Part shown: positions 19,062-28,256 of the stretch, in pieces | Position numbering within the stretch: the first letter of the stretch is position 1 | Layout: each line of letters begins with the position of its first letter | Origin: Acidobacteriota bacterium | GTDB taxonomy: Bacteria > Acidobacteriota > Vicinamibacteria > Vicinamibacterales > UBA823 | Reading direction: 5' to 3' | Assembly (NCBI GenBank): GCA_002730525.1 | Contig: PCAK01000004.1 | Coordinates: forward strand, 5,362 to 69,361 | DNA length: 64,000 nucleotides | Program-made: the position numbers and the translations under genes | Notes under the pieces: model-generated | The model's input: the letters and a program-made list of their open reading frames with translations, nothing else | The model's database searches: none | What the model was told of the DNA's origin: nothing

Positions 19062-20279
19062 CTACCAGCGCACGTCGTCGTTCGTCCGGACCACATGCGG
19101 CGGCACCGGATGGTCGGCGTTGAAGACGTGCAGCGTCACCTCCGGTTCGATCGCGACGCCACGCTCGTCGATCGTCCCGTCGGCCGCGGTGACTGCTTCG
19201 AGCGAGAGGCCGAGATGCTCCGCGAGAAAAGCGTAGGCGCCGTTCCGCTTCGCCGGGCCGTAATCGTGCACCTCGTCGGGGAGGTGCAGGTTGTCGACCA
19301 ACCCGGCAGCGTCGTGCAGCCGGTAGACGTTGCGGATGTACGGGAACTCGACGTCGGGCGTGTTTTGGGTCCAGTCGTCGCCGTCAGAGATCAGCAGTTG
19401 CGGCCGGGGCGCGGCCAGCGCGGCGATCTCGACGTTGTTGGTCTCATGCGTCGGCCTGACGTGGATCGGCATCCCGCTCTCGCCGACACAGCCGCCGAAG
19501 AAGTGCGCCGAGACCTGGACGACCGGCACCGACACCGCGACGCGATCGTCGACGGCGGTTAGCAGGAACGTCTGCGTGCCGCCGCCCGACGCGCCGGTGG
19601 CGGCGATCCGGTCGGCGTCGACCTCGTCGAGCGAGGTCAGGAAATCGACGCCGCGGATGCTGTTCCACAGTTGCAGCGCCAGCGTCTTCGGATGCTCGTG
19701 GACCCAGCCGATCTCGCGCAGCTCGCCGTAGCCGACCATGTCGTACGTCAAGACCACCGCGCCCATTCGCGCCAGCGTCGCCGTGCGCAGTTGCATGTCG
19801 GGCCGGTAGCGGCCGTAGTCGTCGGGGTTCTCCCAGTGGCCGTGCGGGCTGAGGATGCCGGGGTAGGGGCCGTCGCCGACTGGGCGATAGAGGCTGCCGG
19901 TGACGAACACACCGGGCAAACTCTCGAAGGCGACGTCCTCGACGGAATAGCCGTCGTGCTCCCGCCGGTCGTCGAACAGCGGCTTGAGCGGTGTCCTCTC
20001 TGGCAGGGGGTCGAGGCCGGCGCCGGCCAGGATCCCGTCGCGGATCAGTGCCGCGCGTGCGCGCCACTCGCCGAGCGTGGCGTAGCTGTCGGTGTAGCGG
20101 GCCAGTTCCGCTCGCGCTTCGTTCTCGGTGAAGAAATAGCCCTGTCTGAGTTCGTGTGCCGGCGTGTCACCCGCCGGTGCTGGCGCCGGTTCGGGCTGAC
20201 CGCAGGCCGAGAGAAGTGCGGCCAGACAGAGGGCCCGCGCGATTCCTGCTCCCGTCCCGCTGCGTCGTTCGAGCGCCAT
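19062..20279 (-). CDS. Alpha/beta hydrolase lipoprotein (acetyl-esterase / dienelactone-hydrolase-like)
   Basis: Lipobox [10 protein letters not shown]. Nucleophile region [14 protein letters not shown]. Late ISDGDDW and EVHDYG (Asp/His). The stop is 22 nt before the Gfo/Idh/MocA start, so the two are likely co-transcribed. Confidence 0.7.
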   Translation of the reverse strand: MALERRSGTGAGIARALCLAALLSACGQPEPAPAPAGDTPAHELRQGYFFTENEARAELARYTDSYATLGEWRARAALIRDGILAGAGLDPLPERTPLKPLFDDRREHDGYSVEDVAFESLPGVFVTGSLYRPVGDGPYPGILSPHGHWENPDDYGRYRPDMQLRTATLARMGAVVLTYDMVGYGELREIGWVHEHPKTLALQLWNSIRGVDFLTSLDEVDADRIAATGASGGGTQTFLLTAVDDRVAVSVPVVQVSAHFFGGCVGESGMPIHVRPTHETNNVEIAALAAPRPQLLISDGDDWTQNTPDVEFPYIRNVYRLHDAAGLVDNLHLPDEVHDYGPAKRNGAYAFLAEHLGLSLEAVTAADGTIDERGVAIEPEVTLHVFNADHPVPPHVVRTNDDVRW

Positions 20280-20304
20280 CAGGCCTGGTCCAGAGAACGG
20301 TCAG

Positions 20305-20310
20305 ATTATA
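20305..20310 (-). promoter_or_regulatory. Candidate -10 box (TATAAT on the minus strand) for the esterase/oxidoreductase operon
   Basis: Plus-strand attata is the reverse complement of tataat. It lies 25 nt upstream of the ATG at 20279. Confidence 0.35.
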
Positions 20311-20348
20311 GACCCGCGGCAACCCCCCCGCGCCGCGGCGAGAGTAAG

Positions 20349-22427
20349 ATGACCGGGTCGATGGAGGACCGAACGATGCCGAAGACCCCTACCCGCCCTC
20401 TCGCCAGCTTCAGGTGGTGGCTGCTTGCCCTGGCCTTCGTGGTCGGCCTGCCCGCGCTCTCCATCGCTCAGGATCGTGACAATCCGGAAGGCGAGTGGCG
20501 CTACATTGGCGGCGACGCCTGGCACACGCGCTACTCGCCGCTGGCTCAGATCGATGCGAGCAATTTCGAAGATCTCGAGGTGGCCTGGGTCTGGCGGGGC
20601 GACAACTTCGGTCCCATCGTCGACCATCTGTTCCGTTCGACGCCGATCTACGTCGATGGCCTGCTCTACACCGTGGCCGGCCGGCGCCGCACAGTTGCCG
20701 CGATCGACCCGGCGACCGGCGAGACGATCTGGACCTATCGCGAGCCGCACACCACGCGCTACGACCGCGGGATGCGGAATAACTACGGCAAGGGGGTGGC
20801 CTACGCCGAGGTGGACGGCCGGGGGGTGATTCTCACGAGCAGCCCAGCGTTCTTCCTGCACGCGCTCGACGCCAAGAGCGGACGGCATCTGGAGAACTGG
20901 GGGCAGGCCGTGCCGCTGCCCGGTTTCCCCGATAGCGGCGTCATTGACCTGCTGCCCGATCTCGTGGCCGACTGGGACCCGTGGCTCGAGTCGGGCTACA
21001 CCTACGACCCTGATCACGGAATCCCGAGGGATCTCGGCAACATCGCTAGCTCGTCCCCGCCGATCGTGGTTGGTGGCGTCGTCATCGTGAGCAACGTCCA
21101 CGAGCAGGGCTACTACCAGACCCGCACCGAGAACATCCCCGGCGACATCCTGGCCTACGACGTCCGGACCGGCGAACATCTCTGGAAGTTTCACGTGATC
21201 CCTCGGCCCGGGGAGTTCGGTCACGAGACCTGGGAGAACGACGCCTGGCGGACGACTGGCGACGTCTCGTCGTGGGCGCCGATGTCGGCCGATCCGGAGC
21301 GGGGCCTCGTCTACATTCCGACCAATCCGCCGACGATCGATTTCTACGGCGGGTTCCGGCCTGGCGACAATCTGTTCGGGACGAGCTTGCTCGCGCTGGA
21401 CGTCGAGACGGGTGAGCGGGCGTGGCACTTCCAGATGGTCCACCACGATATCTGGAACTTCGACAATCCGACGGCACCCGTGCTCATGAATGTCAACGTC
21501 GACGGGGAGCCGACGCCGATCGTCGTCCAGACGACGAAGCAAGCCTGGGCCTACACGTTCAACCGGGAGACTGGCGAGCCGGTCTGGCCGATCGAAGAGC
21601 GGGAGGTGCCCGAGTCGGAGGTGCCGGGCGAGCGACTGTCGCCCACGCAGCCGTTTCCGACCCGACCGTTGCCCTACGACATGCAGGGGCTGACCGAGGA
21701 CGATCTGATCGATTTCACCCCGGAACTGCGACAGCAGGCGCTGGAGATCGTCGCGCACTACCGGATCGGGCCGATCTTCAATCCGCCGATCCAGCCGGAC
21801 CATCCCTCCGGCCTGCGCTCGTTCGTCAGCTGTCCGAGCGGTGCGACCAACATCTTTGGCCCGACAGCGGCCGACCCGGAGACGGGCATCCTTTACGTCG
21901 GCTCGCTGACCGGGTGCCGCTCGGAGAACATCGTCCCCGGCCAGCAGATCGACGAACCGGACGATCCGATGACGACCGGCAAGACGATCGCCGATTTCGC
22001 CGTGGCGAACCGGGGCGACTTCCGCGGCCCGCAGGGTCTGCCGATCTTCAAGCCACCCTACAGCCGGATCACGGCGATCGACATGAACACCGGCGAACAC
22101 CTCTGGTGGATCCCGAACGGTGACACGCCGGAGCGGATCAAGAACCATCCGGCGTTGCAGGGCGTCGAGCTACCCACGACCGGGGTGACGTCGCATCCGG
22201 TCACGATGGTCACCGGCAGCCTGCTGATTCATGCCGAAGGCACCGCCGGGCAACCGCTGCTGCGTGCCATCGACAAGCGGACGGGCGCGCCCGCGGGGAT
22301 CGTCGAGCTGCCGGCGCCGGGCCAGTACGGCATGATGACCTACCGCCACGACGGTCAGCAGTTCATCGTCGTCCAGATCGCCAGCCTCCGCCATCCAGGG
22401 GCCCTGGTGGCGCTCCGGCTGCCCTGA
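20349..22427 (+). CDS. PQQ-dependent dehydrogenase, glucose/quinate-dehydrogenase-like soluble form (paralog of 40633..42636)
   Basis: ORF 19671..22427. The in-frame ATG 20349 (or 20376) precedes signal peptide FRWWLLALAFVVGLPALSIAQ. EWRYIGGDAWHTRYSPLAQI, HHDIWNFD, RITAIDMNTGEHLW. Confidence 0.75.
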   Translation: MTGSMEDRTMPKTPTRPLASFRWWLLALAFVVGLPALSIAQDRDNPEGEWRYIGGDAWHTRYSPLAQIDASNFEDLEVAWVWRGDNFGPIVDHLFRSTPIYVDGLLYTVAGRRRTVAAIDPATGETIWTYREPHTTRYDRGMRNNYGKGVAYAEVDGRGVILTSSPAFFLHALDAKSGRHLENWGQAVPLPGFPDSGVIDLLPDLVADWDPWLESGYTYDPDHGIPRDLGNIASSSPPIVVGGVVIVSNVHEQGYYQTRTENIPGDILAYDVRTGEHLWKFHVIPRPGEFGHETWENDAWRTTGDVSSWAPMSADPERGLVYIPTNPPTIDFYGGFRPGDNLFGTSLLALDVETGERAWHFQMVHHDIWNFDNPTAPVLMNVNVDGEPTPIVVQTTKQAWAYTFNRETGEPVWPIEEREVPESEVPGERLSPTQPFPTRPLPYDMQGLTEDDLIDFTPELRQQALEIVAHYRIGPIFNPPIQPDHPSGLRSFVSCPSGATNIFGPTAADPETGILYVGSLTGCRSENIVPGQQIDEPDDPMTTGKTIADFAVANRGDFRGPQGLPIFKPPYSRITAIDMNTGEHLWWIPNGDTPERIKNHPALQGVELPTTGVTSHPVTMVTGSLLIHAEGTAGQPLLRAIDKRTGAPAGIVELPAPGQYGMMTYRHDGQQFIVVQIASLRHPGALVALRLP

Positions 22428-22553
22428 CTCTGACGTCGTTTCGTCGTTCCGAACAGACGCCCGTTCGTTCCTCGATACGCGGCGCTGCTTACCCTCTTCC
22501 TCGGCTGGGCGGGGGCCAAGACACCGGCCGCCGGCTTCAAGGCGGCCGGGCTC

Positions 22554-22757
22554 GTGGGGCTCCTGCTGGCCGTCGGGATCGACTTCGGGATGTACTCGAT
22601 GACGAACATTCAGAACCTGACGATCACGGTGGTCGATCCACCGCTGGCCGTGATCTACTTTGGGATCGGCGGCGCCGTCATCGGTCTGATGCTGGGCAAG
22701 GGCGAGACGGGGGCCGGCGCCGCGGCCTGCTCCGTCACTGCCGGCAGCACTTCTTGA
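22554..22757 (+). CDS. Possible small two-TM membrane protein, or the 3' remnant of a larger membrane-protein gene
   Basis: GTG-started 67-aa ORF with hydrophobic segments. The frame is open and hydrophobic back to 22434, directly after the previous stop, with no ATG/GTG start there. Overlaps the convergent M90 peptidase gene by 23 nt. Confidence 0.25.
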   Translation: MGLLLAVGIDFGMYSMTNIQNLTITVVDPPLAVIYFGIGGAVIGLMLGKGETGAGAAACSVTAGSTS

Positions 22758-23754
22758 ACTTCTTCCCACTGCCGCAGGGGCAGGGCGAGTTCCGCCCGAA
22801 CTTCACCCGTCCGCGCTTCAGCTCGCGTCGGATCGCCTTGGCGCGCGTCTTGAGATCCTGGCCGAACACCCGCTCCATCGTCGCGTACAGCTCCGGGTGT
22901 TTCCGGCGCATCGTGCCCGGCCGCTCGAAGAAGTACTCCGACGTCACCGCGAAGAACTCGGCTTCGTTCGTCAGGGCGTAGCGGTTGATGTCAGATCGAC
23001 CGTCGTCGATCTCCGCCATCTTCCGCCGGACGAGATCGATCCACGGCTCGACGGCGTCGCGCTCGAGCCCGACACCGGGGATGCCGTCGATCCGGCCGTC
23101 GGACTTGTCGACCAGATGGGCGAACTCGTGGACACCGACGTTCCGCTTGTCCGTGGCGTTCCGGAAGCCGCGGACGAGATCGGGTTTCGACAGGATCATC
23201 ACCCGGTTCAGGCTGCCGGTGCCGACCATCCCGAGGATGTTCTTCCCCTGCTGGTCGCCGAACTCGAAGTCGCCGTCGAACCGGGTCGGGTAGACCAGCA
23301 CCTCGCTGATCTGATCCCACTCCCAGTCGGGAAATCCGAAGATCGGGATGACGGCAGACGCCGCGGCCAGGACGCGGGTCGTGTCGTCCAGCGGCACGCG
23401 GATGCCGGTGATCCGCTTCTCGCCGACGAACACCTGGAGGTCTCGGCGGAATCGCCGCTGGCCGTCAGCGTCGAGCGCCCGGAAGAAGACGACGTCGCGC
23501 TGCAGCACCGCTTCCCACTCCCGGGGGAACGGCTCGTGCAGAATCGCTCGACGGCTGCGGATCTTGGCGGTCTGCCAGACGTAGACACCAAGCGGAGGGA
23601 CGAACGTCAGCAGCCAGGTCGGACCAGCCGGCCGGCCGGTTTCGATGAGCGCCAGGGCGACAAGGCCTGAGACGAGGAGGGTCAGCGCGGCGAAGGCGAT
23701 TGCCCAGCGTCGGCTCCGTCGTTCCCAGGCGGCGTAGGGGGGGGCTTCGGCCAT
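22735..23754 (-). CDS. Membrane-anchored zinc metallopeptidase (MtfA / peptidase M90-like) with C-terminal SEC-C motif
   Basis: ORF 22735..24117. Start moved to MAEAPPYAAW... at 23754. Two N-terminal TM segments, GVHEFAHLVD (HExxH), and C-terminal SPCPCGSGKKFKKCC. Confidence 0.6.
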   Translation of the reverse strand: MAEAPPYAAWERRSRRWAIAFAALTLLVSGLVALALIETGRPAGPTWLLTFVPPLGVYVWQTAKIRSRRAILHEPFPREWEAVLQRDVVFFRALDADGQRRFRRDLQVFVGEKRITGIRVPLDDTTRVLAAASAVIPIFGFPDWEWDQISEVLVYPTRFDGDFEFGDQQGKNILGMVGTGSLNRVMILSKPDLVRGFRNATDKRNVGVHEFAHLVDKSDGRIDGIPGVGLERDAVEPWIDLVRRKMAEIDDGRSDINRYALTNEAEFFAVTSEYFFERPGTMRRKHPELYATMERVFGQDLKTRAKAIRRELKRGRVKFGRNSPCPCGSGKKFKKCCRQ

Positions 23755-23771
23755 CGATTCTCTATTCTGAC

Positions 23772-23777
23772 TATAAT
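23772..23777 (+). promoter_or_regulatory. Candidate -10 box (TATAAT) 13 nt upstream of ATG 23791
   Basis: gactataatccc in the 36-bp divergent gap between 23754 and 23791. No SD before the ATG. Confidence 0.35.
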
Positions 23778-23790
23778 CCCAAGGTTTCCA

Positions 23791-24198
23791 ATGCCGATGA
23801 ATCCAAGCGCGTGCCTGGCCGCAGGCCTCTTTGTCGCGGCGGTTGCCTCGCTTCCTGCCCAATCCCCGGACGTCCAGCGGCTCGTCTTTCCAGAGCCGGC
23901 GCCCGACGGGATGCGCTACGCGATCTCGGTGCCGCCCGGCTACGACGCGAGCAATCCCCGGCCGCTGGTCCTGGCGCTGCATCCTGGGGGCGGCCGGACG
24001 CCGTACTATGGTGAAGGGTTCATGCGGCAGATCGCCGAGCCGGCCTTGCGGAGCTGGGACGCGCTCCAGGGCCGCAGCCACCCGGTCTGGTTCACCGAGC
24101 TTCGCGGCATCGGGCACTTCACGATGGGCGGCTACGTCGATCCGCTGCGCGCGGCCGGCGACTGGATACTGGAACAGTGGGGCGGGGCGGCTCGTTGA
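23791..24198 (+). CDS. Short secreted esterase-like protein that seems to lack the catalytic core
   Basis: Signal peptide, then YAISVPPGYDASNPRPLVLALHPGGG (esterase/PHB-depolymerase-type N-terminus), running directly into PVWFTELRGIGHF (a typical C-terminal His region). No GxSxG segment in between. 135 aa in total. Confidence 0.4.
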   Translation: MPMNPSACLAAGLFVAAVASLPAQSPDVQRLVFPEPAPDGMRYAISVPPGYDASNPRPLVLALHPGGGRTPYYGEGFMRQIAEPALRSWDALQGRSHPVWFTELRGIGHFTMGGYVDPLRAAGDWILEQWGGAAR

Positions 24199-24770
24199 GC
24201 CTGAACTCCGGCACGCGCCTCGTTCTTTCTGCGATCGTGCTTACCGCGTGGGCCGCGGCGGTCGGCGCGGCGCAGCTCCCCGAGGAGTTGACGGCGCGTG
24301 CCGAGCAGGGGGACCCGGCCGCCCAAAACGAACTGGGCAGCCGGTACTACGCCGGCCGCGGCGTTGAGAAAGATGAGGTGGAGGCGCTGCGATGGGTCCG
24401 CCTGTCGGCGGAGCAGGGGTACGCGCCGGCGCAGTACAACCTGGGGTTGATGTACTTCCGAAACCGTGGCGTCGAGGGCGCAAGCGAGAACGACGAAGCC
24501 GCCGCGCGATGGTACCGGCTGGCCGCCGACCAGGGCTATCCGCCGGCGCAGGCCGGCCTTGCCTACATGTACGAGTACGGCGCGGGCATCGAGAAGGACG
24601 AGGTTGCGGCATATATGTGGCTCGAGCTCGCGGTCGCTGGAACGACGGTCGACTTTTCGAAGCGCCTCTTTTCGGCGAAGCGGGACGAGCTTGCGGAGCG
24701 CCTGACCGCGGATCAGATCGCCGAGGCCGAGCGGCGTGCCGCGGAATGGAAGCCGGTGGGGGAGCGATGA
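24177..24770 (+). CDS. Sel1-repeat (TPR-like) secreted protein
   Basis: Four Sel1 units: AEQGDPAAQNELGSRYYAGRGVEKD, AEQGYAPAQYNLGLMYFRNRGV, ADQGYPPAQAGLAYMYEYGAGIEKD. The start is ambiguous (GTG 24177 or TTG 24195). Confidence 0.8.
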   Translation: MGRGGSLSLNSGTRLVLSAIVLTAWAAAVGAAQLPEELTARAEQGDPAAQNELGSRYYAGRGVEKDEVEALRWVRLSAEQGYAPAQYNLGLMYFRNRGVEGASENDEAAARWYRLAADQGYPPAQAGLAYMYEYGAGIEKDEVAAYMWLELAVAGTTVDFSKRLFSAKRDELAERLTADQIAEAERRAAEWKPVGER

Positions 24771-25192
24771 TCAGGTTCGCCGCCGGGACGCTCCGGACAG
24801 CCGCGATCGTGTTCGTGCGCGTCGCGCTGGGTGCGGCGTTCCTTTCGGCGGTCGCCGACCGCTTCGGGATCTGGGGCGAGGTCGGCGATCCGAACGTGGC
24901 GTGGGGTAGTTGGGATCGCTTCGAGGCCTACACGGCGACGCTGGTCTGGTACCTGCCGGCGATGCTGGTGCCGGTCGCGGCCTGGACAGCGACCTTGGCG
25001 GAGGCCCTGCTCGGTGCGGCGCTCCTGATCGGCGTCAAGCTGCGCGAGGTGGCGTTGGCGAGCGGCGTCCTGCTGACGATCTTCGCCCTGAGCATGGCCG
25101 CGGCGATGGGCGTCAAGGCGCCGCTCGATTTTTCAGTCTTCACGGCGGCCGCCGCCGCGTTCTACCTGGCGACGGAGTCGCGTTCGGGCTAG
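24767..25192 (+). CDS. DoxX-family membrane protein
   Basis: ATG 24767 overlaps the Sel1 gene stop (ATGA). Four hydrophobic helices (RVALGAAFLSAVADRFGIWG...). The longer ORF 24392..25192 is only a shadow extension. Confidence 0.6.
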   Translation: MIRFAAGTLRTAAIVFVRVALGAAFLSAVADRFGIWGEVGDPNVAWGSWDRFEAYTATLVWYLPAMLVPVAAWTATLAEALLGAALLIGVKLREVALASGVLLTIFALSMAAAMGVKAPLDFSVFTAAAAAFYLATESRSG

Positions 25193-25211
25193 TGCTAGAG
25201 GAGGGAGAGAG

Positions 25212-26459
25212 ATGCTGAATCGACGAGGGTTCATTAGCTCCACGGGCGCGCTGCTGGGTGCGACGACGATCTCACCGGCACCAGTCGCGGCTCAGGCGAC
25301 GGTCACCGATCCCTGGGCGCGGACGCCGGCCCCTGACAGCTTCGATCCCTGGGTCGAGGTGATCGCCGACGCGATCCGGAACAACGTCCGCCAACTGAAC
25401 CGGTTCTCCGGCTGCCGGCTGATGGCGGTCATCAAGAACAACGCGAACGGGATCGGCCTGCGCGAGATCGGTCCGATCCTCGACGCGATGGACGAGGTCT
25501 CCGGCCTCGCCGTCGTGCGTGTCGACGAGGCGCTCGCGCTTCGATCGGTCGGCGTTACGAAGCCGATCTTGATGATGGCGCACCTCTCGCCGACCGAGAT
25601 GGAGGAGGTCGTTCGCCACGGCGTCCGGCCGGCGCTCTACCAGGACGATGCCCGGGCCGAGATCGAACGGGTGGCGGCGGCCACATCGAGCCCGGTGCCG
25701 GTTCACGTCATGGTCGATACCGGGATGAACCGGATCGGGATGCCGCACACGCGCGCGCTGCCGTGGCTCGCCGATCTGGCCGCGAGCCCGGCTGTCCGGA
25801 TCGAAGGGACCTTCACAATGTTTTCGGGCGCCCGCCGGGACGACGGGTCGCAGTTCGACCTCGAGCATCTCCGCCGGTTCCAGCGGACGGTCGAGGAGGC
25901 GCGGGCCCAGGGGATCGAACTCGGACTCCTGCACGGCGCGCCGTCGGGGCAGATCGTCCGCGTGCCCGAGACGCACGAGCTGGACCTGATCCGGCCCGGC
26001 GGCGCGATCTACGGCCTGGATGGCTATCGCCGGGACGCATCGGGCGCCGACATCATGGACATTCGGCCGACCTTCCGTTTGCGGGCCCGCCTCACACGGG
26101 TCGAGCGGATCCCGACAGGTGAAGGTGTCAGTTTCGGGCATCAATTCATTGCCGAGCGGCCGACCTGGGTCGCGACAATTCCGATCGGCCATACCGACGG
26201 CTACCCGCGCGACGCTGCCGGCAACTGCGCCGCGCTCGTCGGCGACCGGGTCTATCCGGTCGTCGCCGTCATCAGCTCGAACCATACGATCATCGAGGTC
26301 GGATCCGACCAGACCGTGCAGGTCGGCGACATTGCGACGCTCGTCGGGCCCGACCATCCCGACGTGACGCCGATCTCGGTCGCGACCAAGACAAGCCTCG
26401 GGCGTGACTACTGGATCATGACGAAGCTCAACGCGCTGCTGCATCGGCGGGTCGTCTAG
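25212..26459 (+). CDS. Alanine-racemase-family PLP enzyme with twin-arginine signal
   Basis: MLNRRGFISSTGALLGATTISPAPVAAQ (Tat-like). AVIKNNANGIG corresponds to the PLP-lysine motif (vvKanAYGhG). HVMVDTGMNRIG, then C-terminal IGHTDGYPR and YPVVAVISSNHTIIEV. Confidence 0.75.
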   Translation: MLNRRGFISSTGALLGATTISPAPVAAQATVTDPWARTPAPDSFDPWVEVIADAIRNNVRQLNRFSGCRLMAVIKNNANGIGLREIGPILDAMDEVSGLAVVRVDEALALRSVGVTKPILMMAHLSPTEMEEVVRHGVRPALYQDDARAEIERVAAATSSPVPVHVMVDTGMNRIGMPHTRALPWLADLAASPAVRIEGTFTMFSGARRDDGSQFDLEHLRRFQRTVEEARAQGIELGLLHGAPSGQIVRVPETHELDLIRPGGAIYGLDGYRRDASGADIMDIRPTFRLRARLTRVERIPTGEGVSFGHQFIAERPTWVATIPIGHTDGYPRDAAGNCAALVGDRVYPVVAVISSNHTIIEVGSDQTVQVGDIATLVGPDHPDVTPISVATKTSLGRDYWIMTKLNALLHRRVV

Positions 26460-26540
26460 GCCGCAGCTTGTGGCGCAGGCTTCAGGCCTGCGACGATCAG
26501 CGTACGACGACAGGAGTTCAGCTCGAGGAGAGACGGAGAG

Positions 26541-27303
26541 ATGGCGAACGACGCACAACGTGAAGTCTGGAATGCGCAGGACGTGGCCGAGACCTGGCCG
26601 CGCACCGAGCATATCAGCGACCCGGGGACCGCGCCGCTCATGGAGGCGCTGAATCTGCAGCCGGGTGAGCGCGTTCTCGACGTCGCCTGCGGCGGTGGTA
26701 AGACCACGCTGGCGGCGGCGCGGGCGATCGGGCCAACCGGCCACGTCACCGGCGTCGACATCCCCGACGGGATGCTCGCCCTGGCCAAGCGACGTCAAGC
26801 GGAGGCCGGTTTTGGCAATATCGAGTTGGCGCTGGCCGACGCCCAGATCGATCCGTTTTCGGGCGGTCTGTTCGACGCGGCGTTGGCCAGTTCGGGATCA
26901 TGTTCTTCGACGATCCGGTGGCCGCGTCGGGCTCGTCACCTGGCAGCAGGAGGACACGATGGTCTGGCACCCGGCGTACGTCGTCAGGAAGTACATGGTG
27001 CCGCCTGAGCAGGGGGACGCCGACATGATGGAACGAGTTGGCTCGTGGGGGGATCCGGCGTTCGTGACCGAGACATTGACCTCGGCCGGATTTGACGATG
27101 TTGGTGTCAAGAAGTGCGACCTCGACGTCGCGGTGCCGGCGGAGGCGGACATTCCGGCCTCCCTGCTGATCGGCATGGTAGACGCCGCACAGCGGGACGC
27201 CGCGCTGGCCGACTGGCGGCGCCAGCGCGAGAGCCTGACGCGCGACGGAAAGCTGCAGCTCGATCTGAGGATGCACCTGATCACCGCCCGGAGGCCGAAC
27301 TGA
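26541..27303 (+). pseudogene. Class I SAM-dependent methyltransferase disrupted by two frame changes
   Basis: Frame 0 carries VLDVACGGGKTT (SAM motif I) up to FDAALAS (26890). The expected next motif FGIMFFDDPVAA is in frame +2 (26891-26926). The rest (GGRVGLVTWQQED...LITARRPN) is in frame +1, which is ORF 26665..27303. Confidence 0.6.
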
Positions 27304-27352
27304 TCTGCCCGGTTTTGGTGGGCGACGTCACACGACGTCCCGCCCGCGCCGG

Positions 27353-27358
27353 TATAAT
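27353..27358 (+). promoter_or_regulatory. Candidate -10 box (TATAAT) within the shared 17-nt motif
   Basis: cccgcgccggtataatt at 27343-27359 is identical to 5907-5923. It lies 59 nt upstream of ATG 27418. Confidence 0.4.
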
Positions 27359-27417
27359 TGTCCGTTCCCAGAACTTCGTTTCTTTCGGCGCGACACGCCC
27401 GTCGCAGGAGTGAACGG

Positions 27418-28098
27418 ATGACATCGTTCTCGACCGGATCGACCCCTCGTCGCGGCTTCCTCGCCCGGATGGCCGCCGCCGTTGCCGCCGCGAGCGTCCC
27501 CTGGCGAAGTGCCGAGGCTCGCGCCGCCGTTGTGAGCCAGAAGATCGGACTCGACGATTTTCTCGATGGGCTGAACGGCAGGTACAAGTATTTCTTCGAT
27601 AGCCCGGCGCTCGGCGGCGGCGGGATGTACGCCCACGTGCGGAACTACATGCGCGCGTACACGGAGACCTTCGGTGTGGCCGAGTCCGACGTCAACGCGA
27701 TCGTCACGCTCTATACGCCCAACCCGGGGTCGACCCAGTTCCTGGCGTTCACCGACGCGATGTGGGAGAAGTACGCCATCGGCGAGTTCGCGAGCCTCAC
27801 CGACGCGTCGACCGGACGGCCGCTCGTCCGGAACATGTACTACCGGCCGCAGCCGGAAGACCGGGTTCCCCCTGGCATGAGTATTTCGGCACTCCAGGAG
27901 CGTGGCGTGACGTTCCTGACCTGTGCCAACTCGCTCCGGGTGTTCTCTGGAGCGCTCGCGCGTGCCGGACGTGGAGAGGCCGACGCGATCCAGGCAGATC
28001 TGCTGGCGAACCTCCTGCCCGGCGTCATCCTCGTTCCGTCGATGGTCGTGGCGATCGAGCGAGCCCAGGCTCACGGCTTCGCCTACAAGCGGGAATGA
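27418..28098 (+). CDS. Tat-signal protein, DsrE/DsrF-like fold family (function unknown)
   Basis: ORF 27358..28098. ATG 27418 preferred (SD gcaggag). PRRGFLARMAAAVAAASVPW twin-arginine signal. GVTFLTCANSL and LLPGVILVPSMVVAIERAQAHGFAY resemble DsrE-like Tat proteins. The family assignment is from memory only. Confidence 0.5.
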   Translation: MTSFSTGSTPRRGFLARMAAAVAAASVPWRSAEARAAVVSQKIGLDDFLDGLNGRYKYFFDSPALGGGGMYAHVRNYMRAYTETFGVAESDVNAIVTLYTPNPGSTQFLAFTDAMWEKYAIGEFASLTDASTGRPLVRNMYYRPQPEDRVPPGMSISALQERGVTFLTCANSLRVFSGALARAGRGEADAIQADLLANLLPGVILVPSMVVAIERAQAHGFAYKRE

Positions 28099-28256
28099 CA
28101 CCAGCCTCGACGAGCCTTCACGACATTAAGACGCTGATCGCGTCGCTGCACCCGCTCCTGGCGATCGAGACGGTCGAAGAGGAACGGGTGCGCGCGCTGC
28201 TCGAGACGGCCGGCAGCGAGTTGGGCCTTCCGCTCTTCGAGTGGTCGGCGCCGTCG
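28095..28256 (+). pseudogene. 5' stub (~52 codons) of an AAA+ ATPase gene
   Basis: ATG 28095 overlaps the previous stop (ATGA). MTPASTSLHDIKTLIASLHPLLAIETVEEERVRALLETAGSELGLPLFEWS matches the conserved N-terminus of a ~500-aa AAA-ATPase family. After FEWS the frame becomes non-homologous and stops at 28319. No Walker motifs follow. Confidence 0.45.

Noticed and set aside
24392-25192. The 266-aa ORF as one gene, and likewise the extended ORFs 19671..22427, 29447..31216, 48935..51289 and 52829..55783.
   Set aside because: The 5' portions overlap other well-supported genes and are compositionally shadow-like. Internal starts with signal peptides and SD sequences give proteins of normal family length.
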